From Patescibacteria group bacterium (GTDB lineage: Bacteria > Patescibacteriota > Microgenomatia > UM-FILTER-40-11): a stretch of DNA of 64,000 nucleotides. Shown piece by piece: positions 1-8,240 of this stretch (its first letter is position 1; each line of letters begins with the position of its first letter). Location of the stretch: the NCBI GenBank assembly GCA_035530075.1, contig DATKVM010000005.1:167006-231005 (forward strand). The letters are read 5' to 3'. The notes beneath the pieces are model-generated. The model saw only the letters and a program-made list of their open reading frames with translations. It ran no database searches and had not been told where the DNA came from. Position numbers and translations under genes: made by a program.

Positions 1-2
1 GG

Positions 3-689
3 CTGGCCAAACCGACCCTCTCAACTGTCAGCGGAACCGTTATTAAACTTCTTGTCGGCTCAGGTCGGGAAACTCTCCGCCTCCTCGCTTTAGCCGGTTT
101 TACCATCGTTTTAGCCGCTCGCCGCTGGGCAAAAGATAAAGCCAAATCTGCTTTCCTTTTAGCCTGGTTTTGGACACCTTTAATTCTGACTTACTTTATC
201 TCCCAATTTTTCCAATCTGTCTTTTACGACCGTTACCTTTTGATTACCATTCCCGCCATAACCCTTTTAATTGCCTCCCATCGGCGGAAAGTTTCCTCTC
301 TCCTGCTCCTTGCCGCTATTTTTCTTCTAACCTTTTTGGATTGCCGTTATTTTCTACACCCCGACAAAAGACCGTTTAGAGATTTAGCCGATTTCATTAA
401 GAAGGAAGCTCCCCAACTGACTCTCATTAACTATAACGCCGCCGCTCATCACCTTTGGGAAAGCAAATATTATGGTTTACAGGCACCGATTTATTCTCCC
501 CAACCCCTCCCTTTTTATACGGGAACTGCCTTGATGGAAAAAAATGATGTTACTACTACTCTCCCCGTCCAACCTATTATTGGCATTATTGCCAGCTCCC
601 CAGTTGAGGAAGTTAAACTTAATGGTTATCATATGATAAAGGCCAAACAATTCGGCCAACTTTCTTTGCTATGGATGGAAAAAAATTAA
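3..689 (+). CDS. 3' portion of a GT-C family (ArnT/PMT-like) membrane glycosyltransferase; 5' end outside window
   Basis: Frame 3 is open from the window start and continues into listed ORF 240..689. It has hydrophobic segments followed by a soluble C-terminal domain. It overlaps the start of a full-length paralog at 671. Confidence 0.5.
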   Translation: MAKPTLSTVSGTVIKLLVGSGRETLRLLALAGFTIVLAARRWAKDKAKSAFLLAWFWTPLILTYFISQFFQSVFYDRYLLITIPAITLLIASHRRKVSSLLLLAAIFLLTFLDCRYFLHPDKRPFRDLADFIKKEAPQLTLINYNAAAHHLWESKYYGLQAPIYSPQPLPFYTGTALMEKNDVTTTLPVQPIIGIIASSPVEEVKLNGYHMIKAKQFGQLSLLWMEKN

Positions 690-2161
690 GAACGTTTATT
701 GCCAGCCACTGGCTGTTAATCTTGCTGGGAATGGTTTTTCTCCTTCGGCTGCCCTCTCTTTTTGAGCCTTATTGGTATGGCGATGAGGGAATCTACCTGG
801 TTTTGGGCCAGGCAATCAAGAAAGGGCTTCTTTTGTATCGTGATATTTTTGATAATAAACCGCCCTTGATTTATCTTTTAGCAGCAGTGGCGGGAGGGAC
901 AATCTTTTGGTTTCGTTTTTTCCTTTTGGCTTCTGTTCTGGCCAGCATTTACCTTTTCTTCCAACTCTCCCGGAAACTTTTTCCCAGAGAGAAAAAGGCA
1001 ATTATCGTGGCAACCATCACCTTTGCCTTCTTGACCACTATCCGTAAATTCGAAGGGACAATTGCCAACTCAGAAATTTTCATTCTATTGCCAACAGTAG
1101 CCGGCCTTAATCTTATTTTTCATCTGCTGGAACAACGAGCTAGAAATTACAAAAGTTTTTTTATCGCCGGCCTAATTATGGGCCTGGCTCCTCTTTTAAA
1201 GATCCCGGCAGTTTTTGACTTTGCCGCGATTTTCCTTTTTCTGGCTCTTTTTCGGGCAAAAAACAGGTTTATTAGTTTGGGCAAAAAAGAGGTGCTTTTT
1301 TTGGTGGGCTATCTCCTGCCTCTTGTCTTAACCGGCCTTTTCTTTTTGGCCAGGGGTGCTTTTACCCCATTCTTTACTGCTTGTTTTAAGCAAACCTTTG
1401 GCTACCTTTTCTCCTGGGAAACTGGCTCCCATCTTTTTTCTCTTGCCTCCTTCGTCAAAAGTGACCTTCTGATAAGAAGCGGGCTACTTTTAGCCGGTCT
1501 GGGAATACTTTTCTTAAGAAGAAAGAGGCTTAGTCCACTCCTGATTTTTGTCCCCCTCTGGTTTATCTTCGCTCTCTTTGCCGCCACTCTTCCTGGCCGG
1601 CCTTATCCTCACTATCTTATTCAGGTAATCCCACCCTTTTCTCTCGCTGTTGGTCTTCTTTTTGCCAAAAAGGATTGGCTGAACCGACTTTTGGTCATCA
1701 GTCTTTTCGGACTTTTGGCCCTGAGTATTGTTCGCTACCATTTTTGGTCCTACGCCACCCTTTCCTATTACCAAAACTTCTTTCAATTCGCCTGCCGCCA
1801 AAAAAATAAAACTGCTTATTTTGCCTATTTCGGCCAAAAAACTCCTCAGCTTTATGAATTGGCACAATTTATTAATGAAAGTACTGGGCCGCAGGAAAAA
1901 ATCTTTATTTGGAGCAACGAACCACAACTTTATGCTCTCTCCCGCCGCCTGCCAATTGGGCCTTATACAGTTGCCTATCACATTCAAGACCTCCACCAAC
2001 AAAAAACTATTGCCACCCTTCTTGGTCAGCAAAAACCAAACCTCATCATTGTCAATCACCTTTTGCCTACTTTCACTGAACTGGAATCACTAGTTAACAA
2101 AGAATACCGAATAATAAAGGCAACTGAAGATTTTACGGTTTGGCAAAGGAGAAATCGCTAA
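671..2161 (+). CDS. GT-C family (ArnT/PMT-like, GT39/GT83-type) polyprenyl-phosphate-sugar-dependent glycosyltransferase
   Basis: 496 aa with about 11 hydrophobic helices. An acidic DE motif (YWYGDEGIY) sits in the first extracytoplasmic loop, as in GT-C enzymes, followed by a soluble C-terminal domain. Confidence 0.7.
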   Translation: MDGKKLRTFIASHWLLILLGMVFLLRLPSLFEPYWYGDEGIYLVLGQAIKKGLLLYRDIFDNKPPLIYLLAAVAGGTIFWFRFFLLASVLASIYLFFQLSRKLFPREKKAIIVATITFAFLTTIRKFEGTIANSEIFILLPTVAGLNLIFHLLEQRARNYKSFFIAGLIMGLAPLLKIPAVFDFAAIFLFLALFRAKNRFISLGKKEVLFLVGYLLPLVLTGLFFLARGAFTPFFTACFKQTFGYLFSWETGSHLFSLASFVKSDLLIRSGLLLAGLGILFLRRKRLSPLLIFVPLWFIFALFAATLPGRPYPHYLIQVIPPFSLAVGLLFAKKDWLNRLLVISLFGLLALSIVRYHFWSYATLSYYQNFFQFACRQKNKTAYFAYFGQKTPQLYELAQFINESTGPQEKIFIWSNEPQLYALSRRLPIGPYTVAYHIQDLHQQKTIATLLGQQKPNLIIVNHLLPTFTELESLVNKEYRIIKATEDFTVWQRRNR

Positions 2162-2509
2162 ATGGTTTTCAGCCTCGGTCAAGACAAAATTCTTTCCCGG
2201 TTGTTTGCGGCTAATTTAATTTTGGTGGCTCTTGATTTGCTGACTGTTTTTTTCAAAAGAGGCAGTCTTCCCGAAAAGGTTCCCCTTTTCTACAGCCGGC
2301 CATGGGGCCAAGAACAGCTGGCAGCCAAAGATTTTCTCTTTCTGATTCCTCTTTTTTCCTTCCTAATCCTTCTTCTCAATTACTACCTCGCCTTGATTTT
2401 ACTCAAAAAAAAGGAAAAGTTTTTGGCCATCCTAGGTGGTAGCTTTGCTCTCCTTTTTTCTGTTTTAGGAGCAATTACGCTTTGGAAAATTATTTTTCTT
2501 GTTTCTTAA
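2162..2509 (+). CDS. small hypothetical membrane protein (operon partner of glycan genes)
   Basis: 115 aa with 3 hydrophobic helices. The start abuts the upstream stop and the end overlaps the next gene. Confidence 0.4.
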   Translation: MVFSLGQDKILSRLFAANLILVALDLLTVFFKRGSLPEKVPLFYSRPWGQEQLAAKDFLFLIPLFSFLILLLNYYLALILLKKKEKFLAILGGSFALLFSVLGAITLWKIIFLVS

Positions 2510-3617
2510 AATGGACTGGTCCTTTTTGAATTATGTTCTTCCCCTTCTGCTCGCCGCTTTGGTCAGTTTTTTTTCCACCCCTCTTATTATTTTACTTTTA
2601 AAAAAATGGCGGGTGATTGACGACCCGACCAGACATAAACATCCTAAAGTAACCCATACTTATCCTGTTCCCCGTGGTGGCGGCTTGCCGATTTTTTTAG
2701 GTTTGCTCTCCTCCCTCTTCTTTCTCCCTCTCGACAAGCATCTCCGCGGCATTCTTCTGGGGGCAACTGTAGCTCTTTTAGTCGGCCTCCTGGATGACAA
2801 ATTTGAAGAAAAGATCCATCCCTACATCAGGTGGATCAGTAATTTAGTGGCGGCAGGACTAGTCGTCGCGGCGGGAATTGGCATTGCCTTTATCAACAAT
2901 CCTTTTGGCGGCTTGATCCATCTCGATTCCCCCCAGATTTGCTTTTCCTTTTTAGGAGGAAGCCACTGTATCTGGCTGTTGGCCGACCTTCTGGCTATCC
3001 TCTGGATTGCCTGGACGATGAATTTTATCGGCTGGTCAGGCGGAGTTGAAGGACAATTGCCCGGCATTGTCGTCGTGGCGGCTTTGACTATTGCCGGGCT
3101 AAGTTTGCGGTTTTCGGCTGACATTACTCAATGGCCGGTAATTGTTTTGGCTTTAATCGTGGCCGGCAGTTACTTGGGCTTTCTGCCCTGGAACTTTTAT
3201 CCTCAAAAAATTATGCCCGGCTATGGAGGAAAAACCTTAGCCGGCTTTATGCTGGCAGTTTTATCTATTCTTTCCACCGCCAAAATTGCCACTTTAATGC
3301 TGGTTTTGGCTATTCCCCTAATTGATGCCACTTATTTAGTGGTAAAAAGGCTCGCCTCGGGGAAAGCCCCTTTTTGGGGAAGCAGAGAGCACCTTCATCA
3401 TCGTTTACTTTCAATTGGCTGGGGCAAGCGCCGGATTGCTCTCTTTTATTGGCTCTTGACGGCAATCTTAGGTTTTCTGGCGTTGAATTTGAATAGTCAA
3501 CAAAAGTTTTATACAATGTTTATGTTAATAATCGCGTTTTTAGCGGGAACTTTGTGGTTACATTATCTCTCAACCTCCTTAAGACCGCGCGGCCAAAACA
3601 ATGGCTCAAAAATTTAA
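2499..3617 (+). CDS. polyprenyl-phosphate N-acetylhexosamine-1-phosphate transferase (WecA/MraY family, GT4)
   Basis: 372 aa polytopic protein. It carries the conserved LLDDK/DD motif (VGLLDDKFEE) and the multiple-helix layout of MraY/WecA transferases. Confidence 0.8.
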   Translation: MFLKMDWSFLNYVLPLLLAALVSFFSTPLIILLLKKWRVIDDPTRHKHPKVTHTYPVPRGGGLPIFLGLLSSLFFLPLDKHLRGILLGATVALLVGLLDDKFEEKIHPYIRWISNLVAAGLVVAAGIGIAFINNPFGGLIHLDSPQICFSFLGGSHCIWLLADLLAILWIAWTMNFIGWSGGVEGQLPGIVVVAALTIAGLSLRFSADITQWPVIVLALIVAGSYLGFLPWNFYPQKIMPGYGGKTLAGFMLAVLSILSTAKIATLMLVLAIPLIDATYLVVKRLASGKAPFWGSREHLHHRLLSIGWGKRRIALFYWLLTAILGFLALNLNSQQKFYTMFMLIIAFLAGTLWLHYLSTSLRPRGQNNGSKI

Positions 3618-4489
3618 GCCTGGCGGCGCCTTTGTTTTTTTCCGGTCGGTTATTTCATCGCCCTAGTTTTCTGGTCGTCCTTTGGGCGGTAATTGTCTTT
3701 TCCCTTTTAACCTCTTCTTCTTACTTTATCAATGATATTGTCGACTACTCCCGTGACCGGCTCCACCCTTTTAAAAAATTCCGACCGATTGCTTCGGGCG
3801 AGCTCCCTATTCCCCTGGCCGCCTTTTTCGCCATGATAGGTATTTTTATCAGCTTTTATTTTGCCTTTCAGTTTTCCTTCTTTTTTTTCTTAGTTTGTTT
3901 AACCTACTTTGCCCTTCAGATTGTCTACTCATTTTACTTAAAGCACTTAGTTATTTTGGATGTTTTTTCCATTGCTGCCAGTTTCATCTTGCGCATTTAT
4001 GCCGGCGCCATCGTTCTTAATTACCATATTTCTATTTGGTTTTTGCTTTGCGTTACTTCTCTGGCTCTCTTCTTAGCCGTCGGTAAAAGGCGGGCAGAAT
4101 TAGCTATTTTAAGCAAAGAAAGCGCTCCCGCTCACCGCAAAACTTTAACCCACTATTCCCCCACTCTTTTAGACAATTACCTTGCCACCTTCGCTGCCTC
4201 AACCTGGTTATCCTGGGCTTTCTTTACTTTCTTAGAATCTCCGCCAATTGTTTTCGGCCCTTTACTTTCAACCACTATTTTGCCCCTCACTATTTCCGGC
4301 ACTAACAAATGGCTAATGATTACTATTCCCGTTGTCATCTACGGCCTTATGCGTTATATGAATATTATTTATGGGGGTTCTCGGGCCGAGTCTCCCGAAA
4401 GAGTTCTTCTTTCGGATAAACCACTTTTAGGAGCAGTACTTCTTTGGGGATTTTTAGTCGTCTGGGTAATTTACGGCGTTGGCCGGTAA
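3554..4489 (+). CDS. UbiA-family prenyltransferase (decaprenyl-phosphate phosphoribosyltransferase-like)
   Basis: 311 aa polytopic protein with the Asp-rich NDxxDxxxD motif (NDIVDYSRD) and a RPIASG segment typical of the UbiA superfamily. Confidence 0.75.
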   Translation: MVTLSLNLLKTARPKQWLKNLSLAAPLFFSGRLFHRPSFLVVLWAVIVFSLLTSSSYFINDIVDYSRDRLHPFKKFRPIASGELPIPLAAFFAMIGIFISFYFAFQFSFFFFLVCLTYFALQIVYSFYLKHLVILDVFSIAASFILRIYAGAIVLNYHISIWFLLCVTSLALFLAVGKRRAELAILSKESAPAHRKTLTHYSPTLLDNYLATFAASTWLSWAFFTFLESPPIVFGPLLSTTILPLTISGTNKWLMITIPVVIYGLMRYMNIIYGGSRAESPERVLLSDKPLLGAVLLWGFLVVWVIYGVGR

Positions 4490-4492
4490 ACC

Positions 4493-5362
4493 TTAAAGCT
4501 TACTGGCATATTGCCCCGAAATCCAGCCGGTTTTCTCTTCTTCGTATTCGATCTTATACCAACCGGATTTTTCTTCAAGCAAAGGATACTTTTCGCCCGG
4601 ATTAACTTTGGCTACTTCGGTGGAGGTAGTGCTGGGACCGCTTCTCACTCGTAACCACCCGGTCGGAGTCTCTTTAATTAAGACTTCGCCGGAAGCGGGC
4701 TGGCTCTTGTCTGACGGTGTGGGTGTAATTTGCTTCTTGTCAGCCACCGTTGGTGTCGGGGTTCCAGACAAAGAAGCTACCGGCACCTCGTCCAATTCCT
4801 GAGCCAATTTCGCGTTTACAATTAATTTAAAACCGGTAACGGCCTTCGCCTTAATACTTTTTTCCACGAAACCTTCCTTGGAAATAACAATCTGATGATC
4901 ACCTTCTCCAATTTTCTCCACCGTTAACGGCGTAAAGCCTTTCGCTTCACCGTCCAGATGAACCAAAGCTCCATCTGGATCAGAAATTAAGGAAAAAGAG
5001 GCGGCTTTTTTGTCTTTCAATCGCTCCAGCGTTAATACTTGACCCGAAGAACCGGCTTCACTGGTGGCAAAATCTCTTTCAATTAAAGTTAAAACGCCAT
5101 TGCTCAATTTCACTTTTCCCTCCCAAGAAGCGAGAGGTGCGGTCGCTGATTCGGGGATTAATTTTAAGGAGATTTCTCCCGCTTTGAGGTCACTACTTTG
5201 ATAAGGAGTTTTTCCGGTTAATTTGCCATCAATAAAGACATTAGCAATAGGAGTAGTATTAATCTGCAGGGCGGCCGGCGACTTTTTTAGAGAACAGCCG
5301 GTAAGTAAACCCCCGCAAAGAAGGAAGCTGACAAAGACAAGTATCTTCTTCATCTTAAGCAC
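4493..5362 (-). CDS. lipoprotein with PEGA-like and C-terminal SH3b-like domains
   Basis: Signal peptide with lipobox (LLTGC). PEGA-like beta domains are followed by a C-terminal SH3b-like segment (GWYKIEYEEEKTGWISGQY). Confidence 0.55.
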   Translation of the reverse strand: MLKMKKILVFVSFLLCGGLLTGCSLKKSPAALQINTTPIANVFIDGKLTGKTPYQSSDLKAGEISLKLIPESATAPLASWEGKVKLSNGVLTLIERDFATSEAGSSGQVLTLERLKDKKAASFSLISDPDGALVHLDGEAKGFTPLTVEKIGEGDHQIVISKEGFVEKSIKAKAVTGFKLIVNAKLAQELDEVPVASLSGTPTPTVADKKQITPTPSDKSQPASGEVLIKETPTGWLRVRSGPSTTSTEVAKVNPGEKYPLLEEKSGWYKIEYEEEKTGWISGQYASKL

Positions 5363-5404
5363 TATACCATATGACCGATAGAACTGACAAGGCTATTTTT
5401 GAGT

Positions 5405-6031
5405 TTAATTTTCCTCGCTCGTTTCCCCCTCGGTTCCCTCGGCTCTTTCTTTCAGCAAATGCACTATTCCCGGTATTACTGAGGCCAAAATAATCAGGGC
5501 GACAATCGGCAAAAGATAGCGGTCAACATTGGGAATTAAGCTGCCCAAGAAGAATCCGGCAATGGTCATACCGAAAGCCCATAGAATTCCCCCCAGAACA
5601 TTAAAAAAGAAAAAATGGCGATACTCCATCTTGCCAATACCGGCGGCAATCGGCACAAAGGTTCTCACCGCCGGGATAAAGCGGGCCAAGACTAAAGCTT
5701 TGCCGCCGTGCTTAGCAAAAAACTTTTGGGCCCTTACGAGATTTTTTTTCTGAAAGAAAAAAGACTCTTTTTGCTTAAGCAACCACCCCCCTAATTTCGT
5801 TCCCGTCCAAAAGCCGGCATTGTCCCCACCGATGGCGGCGACAATCAGTAAAGGAATTAAAAGGTGAATATTAAAAAAACCCTGAGAAGCGAGAAAACCG
5901 GCGGTAAAAAGGAGGCTGTCTCCCGGTAAGAAAAAGCCAAAGAAAAGCCCGGATTCGGCAAAAACCATAAAGAAAAGACCGAAGTAGCCAAAGGTTTTAA
6001 TAATTTGAATTAAATCGAGATGTGGCAACAT
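5405..6031 (-). CDS. DedA/SNARE-associated family membrane protein
   Basis: 208 aa. The hydrophobic profile is DedA-like, with a conserved ARFIPxVRTFVPxxAG segment and a GGAGAG RBS before the ATG. Confidence 0.8.
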   Translation of the reverse strand: MLPHLDLIQIIKTFGYFGLFFMVFAESGLFFGFFLPGDSLLFTAGFLASQGFFNIHLLIPLLIVAAIGGDNAGFWTGTKLGGWLLKQKESFFFQKKNLVRAQKFFAKHGGKALVLARFIPAVRTFVPIAAGIGKMEYRHFFFFNVLGGILWAFGMTIAGFFLGSLIPNVDRYLLPIVALIILASVIPGIVHLLKERAEGTEGETSEEN

Positions 6032-6313
6032 CTCTCCATCTTAACCGAAGCTAATCTTAGTTTCAAGAAGGATAATTGACTTTGCTTTCCGAGGCTGAAT
6101 AGGATAAACTATACATATAAACGCTAGTCCATTCGGCAAGAAGTAGAGCGGAATTAGAATAGGTTATAGATTATCTTGGCGGAAAGGTTCGAGCGAAGAT
6201 CTGCCAAGATACCTTGTAAGGAAAAGTTTGCGAAAAACCAGAGGTTTTTCGCATGACAAGACCTGGTAGCCAAGTAGTAAGGCAGCGGTCTGCCCGCCCG
6301 CTTTCGCCAACGC

Positions 6314-6385
6314 GATCGCGTAGCCAAGTAGTAAGGCAAGTGTCTGCAAAACACTTATGCGTGGGTGCAATTCCCACCGCGATCT
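6314..6385 (+). tRNA. tRNA-Cys (anticodon GCA), predicted by manual folding
   Basis: Perfect 7-bp acceptor stem (GATCGCG/CGCGATC) with U8. Perfect 5-bp anticodon stem (AGTGT/ACACT) with loop CUGCAAA (U33, GCA, A37). 5-nt variable loop and 5-bp T-stem (GTGGG/CCCAC) with G53-C61. Discriminator is U73, the CysRS identity element. The D-arm is short (3 bp) and the T-loop is UGCAAUU (G55 instead of U). No CCA is encoded. Confidence 0.65.
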
Positions 6386-6485
6386 CAAGGAAGCTCAAGC
6401 GTTGGCGGGCGGGCAAAACCGCTATTTGAACGAAGTGAAAGCAAGCTATGCTTATGCGCGAGTGCAATTCTCGCCGTGGTCTCCA

Positions 6486-6878
6486 ATGAAATTGAAAATT
6501 AAAAAAGGAAATTTCAATCTGGAAACAGTACCCTTCAAAGGCTGGGTTCTGGGTCATTTCATCGATAAAAGCTCTCCTTTTTATAACGTTGATTTCGAGA
6601 TTAAGTGGGCACGACATCATAAAGGAGAGATCAAAGAAGCAAGATTAGAAACACCCGCCAGAACCTTATCAATCTTGATCTCCGGCAAGCAGATTACCAA
6701 ATTTTTTTCCACCGATGAAGAAGTTGTTCTGGAGAATGAAGGTGATTACCTTTTTTATCAGCCAAATGTCCCCCATGTTAATGAATATCCAAAAGACACT
6801 CTGCTTTTGGTCATCCGTTGGCCCTCTATTCCTATCCAAAAACAAATAATTCTTCTTCCGCCGAAGAGTTATTCTTGA
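6486..6878 (+). CDS. hypothetical protein (beta-rich, cupin-like?)
   Basis: Downstream part of listed ORF 6357..6878. The 5' extension of that ORF merely reads through the non-coding tRNA-derived repeats, so the start was moved to an ATG at 6486. Confidence 0.4.
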   Translation: MKLKIKKGNFNLETVPFKGWVLGHFIDKSSPFYNVDFEIKWARHHKGEIKEARLETPARTLSILISGKQITKFFSTDEEVVLENEGDYLFYQPNVPHVNEYPKDTLLLVIRWPSIPIQKQIILLPPKSYS

Positions 6879-7456
6879 AGGTCGAATTCCTTAATCAGCT
6901 CGTCCCGCAGATAAACGCCGCAAACCCGCAAGACATCAGCCATATTTTTACCTGAAGTAAATGCGTATTTCTTTACTGGCTTTAACAGAGGATCGCTTGC
7001 CATCTCCACGATGGCCATAAACGCGGCCTCCTGCGCTTCATATTTCAGTTTTATATTGTGGCTCGAAACCAGTTTCAAAAACTTTTCTCGGTTTCTCTTA
7101 TAAATCGTCAAAAAACTGCTCTCTAAAAGCAGCTTTTCCCCTTGCTTAGTCAGTTTAATTGGGCTTTTATAATGAAGAAAGCGGTTAGTCGAAGAAGTAG
7201 AGCCAAGGAAAAGATAGCTTTTGAGAAACTTTTCAATCGAGCCGACTTTCCCCCGAATATAGTTAACGTCCTCTTTTAAATCATCAATATCCTTTTCAAT
7301 CTCCCCTACCCGGGCTGCGTTCTTCGCCATTCTGGAAAAACCGCGGAACACCAGAAAGCTTAATCCCGTCAGCCCAGATATCGGCAGCCAAAAATCCTTG
7401 ACAAAGAGTAAGGTAGAGGAAACGGTATAACCGGATGGTGTCGTTACGAGCGGCAT
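6869..7456 (-). CDS. hypothetical membrane-anchored protein with coiled-coil segment
   Basis: 195 aa with an N-terminal hydrophobic helix. There is no recognisable catalytic motif. Confidence 0.4.
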   Translation of the reverse strand: MPLVTTPSGYTVSSTLLFVKDFWLPISGLTGLSFLVFRGFSRMAKNAARVGEIEKDIDDLKEDVNYIRGKVGSIEKFLKSYLFLGSTSSTNRFLHYKSPIKLTKQGEKLLLESSFLTIYKRNREKFLKLVSSHNIKLKYEAQEAAFMAIVEMASDPLLKPVKKYAFTSGKNMADVLRVCGVYLRDELIKEFDLQE

Positions 7457-7586
7457 AAAAACCCAACGCTTCCATTCTTACACAAATGTTTCAAAAAACA
7501 CAAGGGGGTTTTGAGGTCAAAGATTTTCCTTGCCGTTTTTGGTTATTTGGTTATACTGGACTAATCGGGAAAGGGGGTGAGGAAAA

Positions 7587-7961
7587 ATGGCAGGATTTGT
7601 CACTAATATTGAAGAAGCAACCGAAAAAAACGAAAATTACCGCCAGGTTTTGTTTACTGCTCCTCACAGCCAGTTGGTTTTAATGACTTTGCAACCGGGT
7701 GAAGAGATTGGGATGGAGGTCCATCCGAATGTCGACCAATTTTTTCGCTTTGAGGAAGGTGAAGGGAAAGTAATTATCGATGGCGAAGAGCACGAGATTA
7801 AAGATGGCTTTGCCATAGTGGTCCCAGCCGGTAGTCAGCATAATATTATCAACACTTCCACTACCGAAGCCTTAAAGCTTTATACGATTTATTCCCCAGC
7901 CCAGCACCCGGACGGAACAATTCATGGAACTAAAGCGGAAGCGGTGGCTAAGGGAGATTAA
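7587..7961 (+). CDS. cupin-domain protein (cupin_2 type)
   Basis: 124 aa. His-containing cupin motifs (GMEVHPNVDQFF ... GEEHEIKDG ... PAGSQHNI) match the two-motif cupin beta-barrel. GGTGAGG RBS. Confidence 0.75.
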   Translation: MAGFVTNIEEATEKNENYRQVLFTAPHSQLVLMTLQPGEEIGMEVHPNVDQFFRFEEGEGKVIIDGEEHEIKDGFAIVVPAGSQHNIINTSTTEALKLYTIYSPAQHPDGTIHGTKAEAVAKGD

Positions 7962-8200
7962 GGGCGGCGAAAATCAGAACCCTCAAACTCTTTTCCATAA
8001 AGAAGTGTAGTTGTAGAATAACCTGCTTCGTTTAAATATTTCGCTACTAAGAAAGCCGCTTTCTTTAAAGGGATATCAGGCCGGAGAGTAACCACTCCCG
8101 CTGTGCCGATATCTTCCACCATCACATAAACACTCTTTCCCACCAGGTGATCTCCTTCCCAGTGTTCCGTCGGTACCAGAGTTAATCTTTCCCTCGACAT
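7958..8200 (-). CDS. hypothetical small protein
   Basis: Listed ORF 7958..8269 trimmed to the internal ATG at 8200. The upstream part overlaps the preceding gene and the repeated 18-bp intergenic motif. Confidence 0.3.
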   Translation of the reverse strand: MSRERLTLVPTEHWEGDHLVGKSVYVMVEDIGTAGVVTLRPDIPLKKAAFLVAKYLNEAGYSTTTLLYGKEFEGSDFRRP

Positions 8201-8223
8201 AGCTGGATTATACCAAAAGCTCA

Positions 8224-8240
8224 GGCGGCAAAAATTAGGG
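8224..8240 (+). repeat. copy of 18-bp intergenic motif GGCGGCAAAAATTAGGGG
   Basis: Exact 17/18 match. It lies between two minus-strand genes. Confidence 0.6.

Noticed and set aside
6357-6485. 5' part of listed ORF 6357..6878, and minus-strand ORFs 6154..6620, crossing the tRNA-like region
   Set aside because: The two copies of the 28-nt hairpin repeat fall in different reading frames, and the stems show compensatory rather than synonymous changes. This region is non-coding RNA or structured DNA, so the CDS start was moved to 6486.
6170-6486. tmRNA, RNase P RNA, SRP RNA or riboswitch as the identity of the structured spacer
   Set aside because: None of the signature strings I can recall appears. 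These are RNase P P4 GGAAAGUCCGGGCUCC, the tmRNA GGNUUCGAC 5' region with a tag ORF ending in AA-stop, and SRP domain IV. The central part instead folds as a canonical cloverleaf with a GCA anticodon and U73. Only a covariance-model search can settle this.
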